NCBI GenBank assembly: GCA_010093815.1
Contig: ML996578.1
Strand: one strand, 5' to 3'
Source: Pseudovirgaria hyperparasitica
Lineage: Eukaryota
Length of the DNA stretch: 64,000 bases
Made by a program: the position numbers and the translations under genes
Notes under the pieces: generated by a model
What the model saw: only the letters and a program-made list of their open reading frames with translations
Databases searched by the model: none
What the model was told of the DNA's origin: nothing
Shown: in pieces, positions 35,975 to 48,207 of the stretch
Numbering within the stretch: position 1 is the stretch's first letter
Layout of the letters: each line of letters starts with the position of its first letter

Positions 35975-36531
35975 GTCGAGAGTTAGAGGTGTGGAGGGCA
36001 CGTATGAGTGGTGTTGAGCTCAAGAATGAAGTCGAGCTCGAAGAATAGTACCTCCGTTTGCAGTTAGACGGTCTTGGCACTTAGGTAGGGCACTCCACTC
36101 ATTTGAGCAAAAGGGCAGAGAAAATGTCATATTTATCGCCCGAAGACATTCGAAGTGTGGTATGTTGATGGGTGAATCAAGGTGTTTCTTCAGTTTAGAT
36201 GAATCACTGTGATATGTTTCTACACAGTTAATACAGGTTTTTGATAGAAACCAACGCCGGCAATGCCTAATGTACAAGATAACACAACACAAGATATTTT
36301 CCAGACGCCATTATCCAAGTAAACGAGAAAGCAAGGGTAAGGGTATCGCGATCAATAGTACACTTTTACGAGGGGTCATAAACGCCTAGCGATTATGCGG
36401 ATGTGCTCGAACATACAGCGCTTCCCCACGCTGATGCATGAGATAAAAACAATGATTGAGATAAAACCCCCTGTGTTGCCGATACGCCTCGTGACACCGG
36501 TCGAGATAGGCCTGTCGTTCTTATTCTGTAA

Positions 36532-39033
36532 TTAATGGCCCCTTGATGCTGGACGAAAGTGTCCTTGAGGAGGGGGTATTGGTCCATACGGACTGGGAAC
36601 GCCTTGGGGGGGTCCACTGATTTTGTTTGGATTGAGCGTATACTGCCCTGTAACCGGTCCTGCTCTCACGAAGTATGCATCGTGGTGGCCTGATGGCGGA
36701 CCATGAGCCGATCGTGGAGGTGGAGGCTGTTGTTGATGGTGTCCTTGGGGATACGGATGTTGAGGGTGATGTGCTGGGTTGTGAGGGATGAATTGGGGCG
36801 GTCCACCAGTAAGTGGATACGCAGCGGCAGGGTGAGGTCCTGCCGGTGCCAAAGCTGGCGCATGATGTACAGACGTGCCTGGATAGTGGGCGTGAGGGGG
36901 TGGTGGGAGAGGCTGATTCATTTGCACTGGATGTTGTCTCGGGTCGTGCTGTATTGTAGACTGAGGCAGACGTGAAAAGTTCCTTTGCATGTGCTCCATC
37001 TCATCCGCCTTTTGTTGAGCAGCTCTAGCCTTACGTTCAGCCCACCACGCAGTCATACTCGCGCTTCTTTTCTCTGACTTGGCCCGTTGTTTCCTCCGTG
37101 TTGGATTGCCATCTGCGTCGAATGTCTGAGGTGATATTTGAACCTTACCAGTAACGATATTGAAGTCGGGCTGTGGTATTGTCGCGGCTTCAACTGCTGG
37201 AGATACAGGCGGACGCGCGGCAGTAACGAAACGGACTCCAGACATAGGCTCTCCAGTTTCAGTCTCACTCGTCTCGTTCACCTTTCGTGGACCCTTCTTA
37301 ATTCCTGCATCAGGTCGCCTTTGGAGATTCCTGCTTCCTGGAGGGCGACCTCTTCGCTTGCCTCCCGGAGGTTCAGGTGACCCATCTTCTCCTTCGGTAG
37401 AGCTGTTGGCTATGCTCTCGCCTCTCATCTCTCTTATGCGCTGTGGTAGAAGAGCGGCAGTGGTACGGATCCTTTTGCCCCCTCCATCCTCCATGTTCCC
37501 ATCAGCTTCCTGCGCGAGTAGTCGCTTTCTGGTCCCTCGAGCCCCGAATTCAGGTGTGGCAGTACCCTCAAAGCGTTGGGCTGCACGTCGCTTCCGCTTT
37601 CCCACACCATTTTCGTTCTCCTCGTCCTCCTCGCTGACTTGGGTAGAGCCAAGGGCGTCACGAGCACGCCGTTGTCTAAGCTCACGGCCGCCAGTGCCAT
37701 CTCGGCCTATGCGCTGTGCCATCGGATCTTGTGTTCCGGGTGGCTTCCTAGAATCATAGGCATAATTGTAGAGATCAGCTTCTCTCATATCTTCCCAAGT
37801 TGCCTTGTCATATGGTATTCGCCCACCAGTAGCCACTTTCTTTGGTGGGTTGGCCGCAGGTGCAGTGAGTGCATCGAGTGCCAAGTACTCGTCTTGCCAG
37901 GCCTTGAGTGTCTGCTGAACATTTTCGGCTAGCTCATAAAGAACACTTGTTGAGCGCTTGGAAGGCTCGTACTTGGTCAGTGCACTGATGAATGCTTGAG
38001 GATCAGTCATTGGCTTATAGCGGCTCTTCATGATGAAATCAGCGATATCATCACAGTCCTTTCGATCAGGAATCTCGTAATCCTCGATAAATGGAGCAGG
38101 AAGATCAATGTCCATGAGTGTCTCTTCGATGGGTTCCACTACTTCCGAAGGGGTCGCAACCTGATGTGACAAAGATGCGCCAGAGTTTTCCCGTGTTAGA
38201 GTTCTTGGGTGCCTGGGAATTGGTTTTTCAATGCTTTGCGCAGGTTCGTCGGCTTCAGCGCGATCATGACTTTCGATATTTGTGCGCATAGTTGCGGAAA
38301 CAGTCGACTTATCGTTAGCATCCACGCCTGCTTCTGGCCTATCGGTAGAGACGTTAATTTCGCGACCTTGAGGCTCCTCTGCTGGCGTTACTGGCATAGA
38401 TTCACCTTCATCTGAAGTCTCTGCCAAGTTTTTAGGAGCTGCATCTCTGAATGCTCGTCTTCGAGCTGGTGGCTCAAGGTGTGGTGGCTCAATTGGTGGC
38501 TGTCGGCCTCCTCTGCCACGACCACGCGGTCGTCCACCTCGACCACGGCCGCGTACGCGCCCTGCTCGCGAGCCTTTTGGGGTAAATTTTGGGGCCGGAG
38601 AGTTCTCACTTTCAGAATCTACCATAGATTCTTCCGAAGTTTGATCCTCAATCTCATTTGGAAGGGTTTGCTCCTTTGACTTGGTGGACACAGGCGAAGA
38701 CTTGACAGGCGAAGTTATTACGTCAACTTTCGAAAGAGACTCAAGCTCGGGAACATTTGCGACGTTTTTCAATTGTGAGTCAATAAGTAAGTTTGATAGA
38801 AAGTCCTCGGGTAGACCGCGGAAGGTGACTTTCGTGCCGTCAGCGATCGCACGAGCTCTGCGCGGCCTGCTGGATTTCCGAGTGGTTGTGCTCAGAGTTG
38901 GTGAGAGGTTTGAAGCCGATCGAAGAAGCTTCCTTGATATTGTAGCTGGACTTGATCCATTGGTAATTGCTTTGGTATTTGGCGTTGGTGGTTTCGAGCC
39001 AGGCTCAACCCGGCTACGTCGTGTGAAAGGCAT
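36532..39033 (-). CDS. Large low-complexity nuclear protein with AT-hook-like motifs
   Basis: 833-aa ORF with GRPRGRG and KRRGRPPG motifs, basic NLS-like clusters and a P/H/Q-rich C-terminus. Confidence 0.8.
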   Translation of the reverse strand: MPFTRRSRVEPGSKPPTPNTKAITNGSSPATISRKLLRSASNLSPTLSTTTRKSSRPRRARAIADGTKVTFRGLPEDFLSNLLIDSQLKNVANVPELESLSKVDVITSPVKSSPVSTKSKEQTLPNEIEDQTSEESMVDSESENSPAPKFTPKGSRAGRVRGRGRGGRPRGRGRGGRQPPIEPPHLEPPARRRAFRDAAPKNLAETSDEGESMPVTPAEEPQGREINVSTDRPEAGVDANDKSTVSATMRTNIESHDRAEADEPAQSIEKPIPRHPRTLTRENSGASLSHQVATPSEVVEPIEETLMDIDLPAPFIEDYEIPDRKDCDDIADFIMKSRYKPMTDPQAFISALTKYEPSKRSTSVLYELAENVQQTLKAWQDEYLALDALTAPAANPPKKVATGGRIPYDKATWEDMREADLYNYAYDSRKPPGTQDPMAQRIGRDGTGGRELRQRRARDALGSTQVSEEDEENENGVGKRKRRAAQRFEGTATPEFGARGTRKRLLAQEADGNMEDGGGKRIRTTAALLPQRIREMRGESIANSSTEGEDGSPEPPGGKRRGRPPGSRNLQRRPDAGIKKGPRKVNETSETETGEPMSGVRFVTAARPPVSPAVEAATIPQPDFNIVTGKVQISPQTFDADGNPTRRKQRAKSEKRSASMTAWWAERKARAAQQKADEMEHMQRNFSRLPQSTIQHDPRQHPVQMNQPLPPPPHAHYPGTSVHHAPALAPAGPHPAAAYPLTGGPPQFIPHNPAHHPQHPYPQGHHQQQPPPPRSAHGPPSGHHDAYFVRAGPVTGQYTLNPNKISGPPQGVPSPYGPIPPPQGHFRPASRGH

Positions 39034-39663
39034 TCTGACACGAAGAATTCGGGAGATACAGATGGGCCTACAAGAGTATTTAAAGTTGTTTTATGATAGT
39101 GAAAAAAGTTTTCTCGCAAGCCTGTAGAAGTTGCGAGTAACAGAGTTGACGTTGGGAAGAAGTTTGATCGGTTGTTAGGCGCGCGAATGGTAGCAACACA
39201 ACTTTGATCCTTGCGCGATCACCCGGCTCCGTCTGGAGCTTCGTGAAAGAGGAAACAATCAAATCCGCTACAAAGCTGTAAGTAGTATTCAAGTGGAGGA
39301 AAAGTGTAGCTGAAGGGATGTAGAGGCGGTAGTAGCAAAGTCTGTTCTAAGGTCTTCGCTGTATAGAGCTGGCAAATAAATCCCATTCATGTGGACCAAG
39401 AATAGGAACGCCAGCCGTCCATTATGCTCAAAGTAGCTAGCGTCATCACGTGTAACAGCCCCCTTTCCCCTTTCGTCTAGCTGTTGCGAGGTAGCGGTCG
39501 TCAGTTGCCCGCTTCAATGCTCCCGTTCTCCATATAAAACGTTTCTGCTCTATTCACTGCTTCTACTTGCATCGTAGCTCCACACGACACTCCCCTTGGC
39601 ATATTCACTCTCCTTTCTACCCTCTAGTCATCTGCGAAGGGTGAGCTTCTGGGAGCATTCGTC

Positions 39664-41216
39664 ATGGCGAAACAACCGACTGGAGACGACCTTCTTGCGC
39701 AATTGGACGACCTTGGCATAGAGGAGACTGCAGGTGCACCTCCAGTCCCAAAGGCTACCTCCGTCAAACGGACCAAGCCTAAACCTACCAGTACCAATGA
39801 TGATGATGATGATGCACTTGCTGAACTCGAGAGCCTTGCCAAGTCAGGTCGACCTGCAAGTCGGCCTACCACCCCAAAGCTTTCTGCGCCCACTGCGAAG
39901 AAAGGAGGAGCAGCTACACCAGCATCAAGTGGTTCTAATCGTACAAGTGAAGATAAGACGCATGTTCCCAATCCTCCGCGGAAATCTGGCGAGAGTACAC
40001 GCTCATATCACCAAAGCTACACCCCGGCTACCGACGATTCCATGTCCGAAAAGCGAGCTCCTGCTGCCGCTCCCCGAGAGCCCGCGCAGCAGCAAGCGGG
40101 CAGTGGGTGGTGGGGTGGGATCTTTGGGGCTGCGTCTGCAGCTGTGAAACAGGCGGAGGCTACTTATAAAGACCTCCAGCAGAACCAAGATGCTCAAAGA
40201 TGGGCGGAACAAGTCAAAGGAAACGTGGGCGCCCTCCGTGGCTTCGGTACGCCAAGTCAAGATTATCATTGTATACAAATGTATTGCTCACTATACTAGG
40301 TGACGAGCTTCGTTCTCGTGCACTGCCAACTTTCACAAACATCCTCCACACCATTGCGCCGCCTATTTCTTCCCACGAGCGGCTTCAAATCCACATCACA
40401 CATGATCTTGTTGGATATCCGTCATTGGATCCTCTAATCTACGAAACCTTTGCCCGAGTGATGCAACAAGTCGAAGGGGGTGATCTCATGGTTATTCAAC
40501 GTGGCTCAGAGTCCACTCAACGTCGAGCATCCGACGCGGGGTACATGGGGTCAGGGTCAAGTGGCTGGAGAGATGGGCCATGGTGGAGACAGAAAGAGAA
40601 GCGCGATATGGGAGCAGTCATGGGCGTCGTGGAAGGGACTAAACTAGCCCGTGTAGGCGCAGAGTCATATGCTAACGACTTCTTCTCTGCAAGAGGAGGT
40701 GTCGAAGAAGCCGCTAAACAGGCGACTCAAGTTCTCAGTGAAAGCAATCCTGTTCGGAGCAGCGATATCTTCCTCGCCATTCAAGCTGTAAAGTACAACC
40801 TCCCCGATGATCAATTTGCGGGACCAGCCGAAGAGAAGAAAGACGGAGGTGTTTTAGAGACCAAGGAAGCGGAGGAGTTGATTGCTTTTGCCATCTATCT
40901 ACACGATCCTATTCATAGCATTAGCTTCCGCACCCTATCACAGACCTTTCCTCAACGGTGGGCCGACTGGCTGGATGCCCCTGCTGGTGAGAACGAACTA
41001 CCTCCGGAAATCCTGGAAATCATCGAGACGGGCGGTGTGGATCCTCGAGAATGGGTAGCAGAGTGGGTTGAAGATACTCTGGGCCTAAGTGTTGGGATAG
41101 TAGCACAGCGATATGTGGCCAGGAGGATGGGTGTTGGTGAAGGCGGTATCGGCAGAGGCAAAGCAAAAGACGCGGCCGTCGATATAAGCGGAGGCGAGGC
41201 CGCCCGTGTTGTCTGA
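39664..41216 (+). CDS. MTC1: Maintenance of telomere capping protein 1-like; intron 40247-40299
   Basis: GWWGGIF, TIAPPISSHERLQIHITHDLVGYPSLD, FARVMQQVEGG, DPREWVAEWVE, VGIVAQRYVARRMG. Confidence 0.85.
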
Positions 41217-41405
41217 TGCCGTCGAAATGATAATATCTTTGATACATTGGTGCCAATTCTTGGTCGGAGCCTTCATTCCGTATCGGCGTATTGAGCTTCC
41301 AGAATCATTGAGTCTGAGACTGCCGTAACTCTCTTCAGGCATTGTGATTCGCTGTATGCTCGAACCGTGATGCGTCTTCCCCTAGAATGCCCAGACTTGT
41401 CACAC

Positions 41406-41772
41406 TCATTTCTTAGTCTTCTTCTCGGCCTCCGCCTTTTTCTTATCTTTCTTCCCGCCAGCCAGAAGTTCCAAATGGCCTGCCTTTTGTGCCAAGCTTT
41501 TCTCGGTCATAGCAGTGAGAGCACCACAGTTTTTCTGCATAAGAAGTAAGTGGGTTGTGCTCTAGTATCATGTATATTCTACTGACCTTGACTATTTTCT
41601 GCTTCTTAATAAGGCTGCTCTTCTTGGGTGCAATAACGCGGTTTCCTCCTCTCTTCGGACCCAATGCGGCCGGCCTGGATGGTGATCAGTCATATGCTCA
41701 CAATGGGCAGAGAGGGCATATTGCATACTTCTTGGATGCTACTGCCTTTTTCTTGATTGCCCCCTGCGCCAT
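41406..41772 (-). CDS. Small basic DUF2462/UPF0390-like protein (2 introns)
   Basis: Spliced product MAQGAIKKK...[14 protein letters not shown]...[24 protein letters not shown]. Confidence 0.8.
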
Positions 41773-42519
41773 GAGGTATGGTTGTGAAAGTAGTATGCCA
41801 GTGCAAGAGGGTAAGCGAAAGAATTTGGGAATGATAGTTTTCGGTGGAGAACAGAAATCTTGGCGTGGGCTGGCTCGAGCGTGTTGGGTGACCTAACCAA
41901 CTACCTCCCTAGCGTTAATTACTCCCTACCCATTACATTCTGACAGGTCTCTTCACCTTTTTTGTACTGTATCAACTTCCGGTGCACCATACAAATTCGC
42001 TGAACACTCACAAAGAATTTATGCAGAATTGTTTCATTCGTCCAAAACTGACGCCAAGGCAGTTCAAGCTACATAGGGTTCACAACGCTAGGCTTCATCC
42101 ACGGATAAAGTCATCGCCTCAAGCCTATCGAGGAGCTCGGTGTAGATCATACGGCACGGTTGAAAATGCAACTAGGTTCATGCCGGCCAAGCCATTGGTG
42201 CGAGCGGGGATGCTCCATATTACACCGGGTTGGCCAGTCTTCTACCAAGACAGAAAGAGAGTGTCGACTTCGCGGAACCCCATATCATGTCATTTATCCA
42301 TCAAATATAACCGGGATTTTCGCCGCTCATGCGCCCATAGTACAAGCAATGCCACTTAGAATTTCATATGCACGTCTGGTTCATTCGCTTCAACCGAGCT
42401 ATATGTGGAGATTCGCAAGGTGACATGGCTGATATATCTATGTCCCGTATCTCGCTAGGTCCTATGAAATCCTGGCCATTAGCACTGAGTATCAAAACCG
42501 CCTTTCCCACTCAGCAGAT

Positions 42520-45500
42520 ATGCGGTGGTTGTTGTTTACTGCGCTTCTGCCTTTGCAGAAAGTGCTAGCCATAGGCCAGAATGCCACTATTTCATTTGAT
42601 GATACTAGTGACAGTATCAAGCTTGCTTCTCGCTACGAGTACGTGCAGATAGCGATTGACGGAGCGGACTGGCCCGGCGTGATTAGAGCTGCCAAAGACC
42701 TTGCTGTAGACTTTGGACGTGTCACCGGAACAAATGGCACCGTGAGTCTCATCGGCGGAAGTAATTCGACTGATCACGGGACTCCAATTGGCTTAAATGC
42801 GGGAATGATCATAGCTGGAACCATTGGAAACTCACCAACCATTGATAGTATGATTGAATCTGGAATGGTCAATGTGAGCAAGATACAGGGGCAATGGGAG
42901 GCTTTCGTGTCAACCATTGTCCCGTCGCCAATGCCGGGAGTTCATGAAGCACTTGTTATTGCAGGTAAGTTGGGTCTAACATTGTTATATTTAAGCTACG
43001 TTTTCTTATTTCGAGGTGTAGGAGCTGATCGTCGTGGGACAATCTTCGGCCTCTACGACGTTTCTGAACAGATCGGAATATCTCCGTGGTACTGGTTTGC
43101 AGACGTGCCCTGGCAGCAACACGATGGCATCTATGCTCTACGGACTACTAAAGAGCAAGGGTCTCCAAGCGTAAAGTACCGCGGATTCTTCATCAACGAC
43201 GAAGCACCAGCCCTGACCGGCTGGATGAATCAGCGCTATGCCAAGTCCAAGTATGGCTCTGCTTTTGGATCCGATTTCTACTCTCACGTTTTTGAGCTCC
43301 TACTACGACTCAGAGCGAACTATCTATGGCCAGCTATGTGGGGCAGCATGTTCAATGTTGACGACTTGGACAGTCAGCCTCTGGCCGAGGAATACGGCAT
43401 TGTGATGGGCACAAGCCACACAGAGCCAATGATGAGGGCAACGAATGAACAAACAACATTCATGAAAGGACCGTGGCAGTGGAACATGAATAATGCGTCC
43501 ATGTACTCTTTTATGCAGGATGGCGCGGAGCGTGCAAAAGGGCACGAAAGTCTCTTCACGATGGGAGCTCGTGGCAATGCAGATACAGCTTTGAACGGAG
43601 ATGATGCCATATCTCAATTGGAAAGCATCATTGAAAATCAACGAAAAATTCTAAATGACGTTTATGGCAATGAGAGCTCAATGCCGCAAATGTGGTGTCT
43701 TTGTGAGTATTCGATTAGTTGTCTTCTTTTGACTAAATAAATCTAGATAAAGAAGTCCAGGACTACTACGACTACGATGGCCTTCGTGCACCGGATGACG
43801 TGACTCTCCTTTGGGTAGACGACAATTGGGGTAACATCCGCCGTCTCCCCATTGGTAACGAAACAGGTCGGTCTGGAGGGGCTGGTGTCTACTACGTATA
43901 TAAATCTATATGTCTACGAGCATGAAAAGAACTCACTGACTTCTCCCACCAGCACTTCGACTATGTTGGCGACCCACGGAACTATAAATGGATAAATACC
44001 ATCCAGCTCCAGAGGACTTGGGAACAGATGCATTTCGCATATGAGCGCGATGCTCGAGAAATATGGATCGTCAACGTTGGTGATATCAAACCATTAGTAT
44101 GTGAAATGTGAAAGTTCTACATGGCTCTCTCTAACGTGCAAAGGAAATTCCGATAAGCCACTTTTTCGATCTCGCTTATGACATCGAGCAGTATCGTACC
44201 CCTGAGAGCACATCTTGGTGGACAGAACAATGGGCGGCTCGAGAATTCGGTTCTGAACTTGCTGCCGACGTAGCTCAAGTCATCATGACTTATTCCAACC
44301 TAGCTGGTAAGCGCAAATACGAGTCCATGGACTCTAGCATATATAGCATCATCAACTATGACGAGGCAAATACTGTCATCAGGCAATGGCAGGATCTCAG
44401 CGCTGAAGCACAGGATCTTAGCGATCGCTTAGACGTGGAGGCCCGACCAGCTTACTTTGAGATGATTCTGCACCCAGTGTTAGCAGGAGCCACTGTCTAC
44501 GATATCCATATTAGTGCAGCGAAGAATCGTCTCTACACATGGCAAGGTCGTACAAGTGCCAATTCGATAGCAAATCACGTCCTCGATCAATGGAACTTCG
44601 ATCATGAGCTTACTCAACAATATAATCAACTCCTGGATGGGAAGTGGAATCATATGATGGATCAAACCCACTTCTACAACAATTACTGGTATGACACCTC
44701 TTACAGGACTCTAAATTGGCTAACAGTCTCTAGGCAAGGGCCCATGAGGCAATCGACGCCCTCGCTATATTATATTCAACTTAGCGAGCGCGGATTGGCA
44801 GGAGATCTTGGCTTTGCTGTTGAAGGCCAGAATGGAACAGTCCCAGGAGACGATAAATATCATGGAAATGGCGGAGCCAGTCTCACTTTCCCGCCGATCG
44901 ACCCGTATAGCCCAAACAGATGGATCGACATCTTCTCATCCGGCACTACTAATGCGACTTGGTCCCTTGAAGGCCCATCATACATTAGATTCTCCCAGTC
45001 GTTCGGTGAAATTTCCCCCAGCGTCAACCCATCCGACATCAGAGTCTGGGTGTCGGTTGACTGGACTAGAGCCCCTACAGGCTCGACCATGGCACGTATT
45101 AACGCAACATCATCCACAAACTATGGAACACAATACGAAGCGCCTATCCTTTATCTTCCCATCAATAACACGAAACTTCCCGCAAACTTCACGTCCGGCT
45201 TCGTCGAGTCCGACGCCACGATATCCATGGAAGCAGAGCACTACTCGCGCATGACCGGCTCCTCTGATGCCCTATCATATTTCACCATCCCGAACTATGG
45301 CAAAACACTGTCCGGAGTAGCACTCACGGACTACAACGCGCCATCACAGAATACCTCCGGGCCTAGCCTTGAGTATGACTTTTACGCCTTCTCGAACATC
45401 TCGCGCGTCGCAAACATCTCTCTCATTCTAGGACAGTCACTCAACACAATTCCCTCGCGCCCGCTCAGGTATGCCATTGGCATTGATGACCAGGAGACAA

Positions 45501-45739
45501 AGACAGTGGCGTATATCACAGATCGGCCGCGAGGGACGTCGCCGTTGGGATGGGAAGCGGCAGTGTTGGACGCGGCGTGGAACAGTACGAGCAATCATAC
45601 GATCACGGCTGGGAAGCATACGCTGAAGTTCTGGGCGCTAGAGCCGGGATTAATTCTGACGAAAATCGTTATAAATCTTGGTGGCGTACGACAGAGCTAT
45701 CTCGGGCCCCCAGAGAGCGTTAGGGTTGGAAGGAAATAG
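42520..45739 (+). CDS. Secreted GH115 alpha-glucuronidase (multi-exon)
   Basis: Signal peptide; GADRRGTIFGLY, PSVKYRGFFINDEAP, LRANYLWPAMW, GTSHTEPM, DDNWGNIRRLP, HFDYVGDPRNYKWINT, SYLGPPES. Confidence 0.93.
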
Positions 45740-46004
45740 TACTGGCACATGAGTCGTGAGACATATCTCTGTATTTCGTAAGAAACGGATGATGTTCGCA
45801 GAACTAGGCTATCTAACTTGAATACTATATTAATAAGTCTATTCATTTAGTAATATCACTCGTCACTCCTGCTAAATCATATAGATCTGCATATATGTCG
45901 ATAGTCTCATTATGTATCTGAAGGTAAAACCTTGGTTGGATACACTTGATAGGATCTTAGATACCAGGTAAATGTATGTAAACTATACTATTTAAGCAAG
46001 CTGA

Positions 46005-47741
46005 TCAGGGTTTGAACAAATGTTCTAGATCTGTAGATTGTTTAGAAAAGGATATGGATGACATAAAAAAAGTGGATAGATGTTAATGGTTTGCCATAAT
46101 ACGAGACGGATATAGAGTCAAGAAATAGCTCACCTCTCGTCGGAATGCTGTTTCGATCCTTGTTCATCCCCTTTGAAAAAATGTCTGAATCATCGAATGC
46201 CTCGCTTCTCGCTCGAACCTTGGCCCTCATGTAGCGATATGCGTTCCAAATGAAAAGTACTATCCCCGTTATGCCCACACATGTCCCCGTATATACACGC
46301 CAGTTTGCATCTCCTTGGATGTTGAAAACGTTAGCTTGCCAGATCGACTAATATTACACGTTAGCAAGGCGTACAAGGGGAAGCAGATACCTTACAGTAA
46401 CTAGGGATGCGGGAAGAAAGATGAGTGTGATGACAGTGATTGATTTCATTGTCTCACTATCCCGAGCCGCCAGCTGTGCTACCTTTGCAGAGTTCAACGC
46501 TACTAGCAGATTCCTTTCGCTATCCTTCTGAGCAACAAGACTGAATGACTGCATCTGTGTTAGCGTAACAATGCTGAAGGACCCTGACTTCCCGACGTAC
46601 AACTTGTATTTGTGCCTGGATCCGCTTCATCATCTCATCCAATTTGTCCCTAGCAAATTCGATTTTCGCCTTATAGAACTCTATCCTTCCTTTGACCGCT
46701 GCATAGCTCGCCTTCTCCGTACCCACACCCCCAATCTCACTACGCAGTTTCTCCATTTGACAGAGTGTCGCACTGCAAAACTCCCCCAGTTTGATCATAT
46801 ATCTCATCACCGTCTCACAATGACACAGCTCCACACTTACCGCATGCTGCTGCCGGAGCAGATTATGCCAGTCCGCAAAAAAGGTCTTCTGCGCCTCGCT
46901 CAGCGGCCGGCCCCAGCCAGGCCTTGTCATGCCTGTGGCTGTTTCCAGCTCCATGACTTCACGGCGCAGATGGTTGAGCCATTGCAAGTACGAGTCGACA
47001 CGCTGCTCGAAAACAAGCTGCAGCAGGGCGGCGGGATGGGCGCGGTGCGCAGCGGAGAGGCGGTGCCAACGGGTGAGGATACTAAAATTAGTCTCTTCTT
47101 TGGCGGTGGCGAGGAGGGCGGCGGCGGAGAGGTCGGAGATGCGAACTCGCAGTGCGAGGTTTATGATTTTGCTATTTCGAGGGGCGCGTAGAACGATTGC
47201 TGCAGATATCAGTGAGACTGGGGGAAAGTTGCGGTTTCGTGGTGTGAAGTACATAGGGCTTCAGGGGTGCCACTATCGTCACATTGCAAGTAGCGGGACA
47301 TGTGGAATTGGTCGCTTTTCCAGACTTCAGGTAGGTAGGGCGGGAAGTCGCATGTCTCTAGGAGACATTGCAGAGTTGATTTCTCTATCTGCATAGGGTA
47401 TGGATTATCTTGGTCATCTCTTGGGTCTCCAGTGGTTGTTCTGATCTTTGTGCTCAGTACAAGAATTGTGTCAGATTGGTGAAGTGCAAAGTGTGGTCTC
47501 GTACATTAATACGATCTGCGGCTTTGCATTCCTCACGCCTGATTTGAACAAACTTGTGATGGAGGCCTGAATGATACAATCAGAATGGGTGATAACTTAT
47601 ACATATAAAGCAGCTCACGATGTCTTTCAGCTTTCCCCTCAGGGAATTATCTTCAAGCCAATCGTCTTGCGTACTGGGCGAATCTGTGGACCAATATTTC
47701 ACTCGAGTCTTACTGGAACATTTCAGCGCTTGCACGTCCAT
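46005..47741 (-). CDS. Fungal CorA-like domain membrane protein (multi-exon)
   Basis: Exons join in frame from MDVQALKC; coiled-coil region, then AARDSETMKSITVITLIFLPASLV and a second TM helix. Confidence 0.7.
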
Positions 47742-48207
47742 CGAGAGAGCTATTGCGCAGCACTTTTGTATAAAACATAGAAATTGCTGGATATATGATA
47801 TCGGTGTCGTGCTCAAAGCTAGAAATTGGGATTTGTAGCTGAGGCGCAGCCTCACAGCGAGGCTTAGAAGCTAAACCTAAATCGAGTAGAAGCGCCATAT
47901 CCATGATCACAGCATGCATAGCGGTTCTACGGGCATCAAGAGACATCAGTACAATGGATAGATGGATCTTTTCTTTGTTGATAGATTTCCTATTGGGGTA
48001 GGTACTATTTATCATCAATACTATAATACCCGGCTGGCCCATGAAGAGTTGGGTGCTAACCTTTTGTGAAGAAGCTTGTTCGGTAACTGCGTCATCGATC
48101 TCTAGCCCCGATCTACCACTCCGCAGATCGAAAATATCCATGTTTGAGTTTCAGCATTCTCTCGGACACGGTCGTGCTATCACATCTGAACAGGTCAGCA
48201 CCTCTTA

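Noticed and set aside
47710..48141. 143-aa minus-strand ORF as a gene or first exon of the CorA-like gene
   Set aside because: The CorA-like gene assembles in frame from ATG 47741, and this ORF has no recognisable motif.
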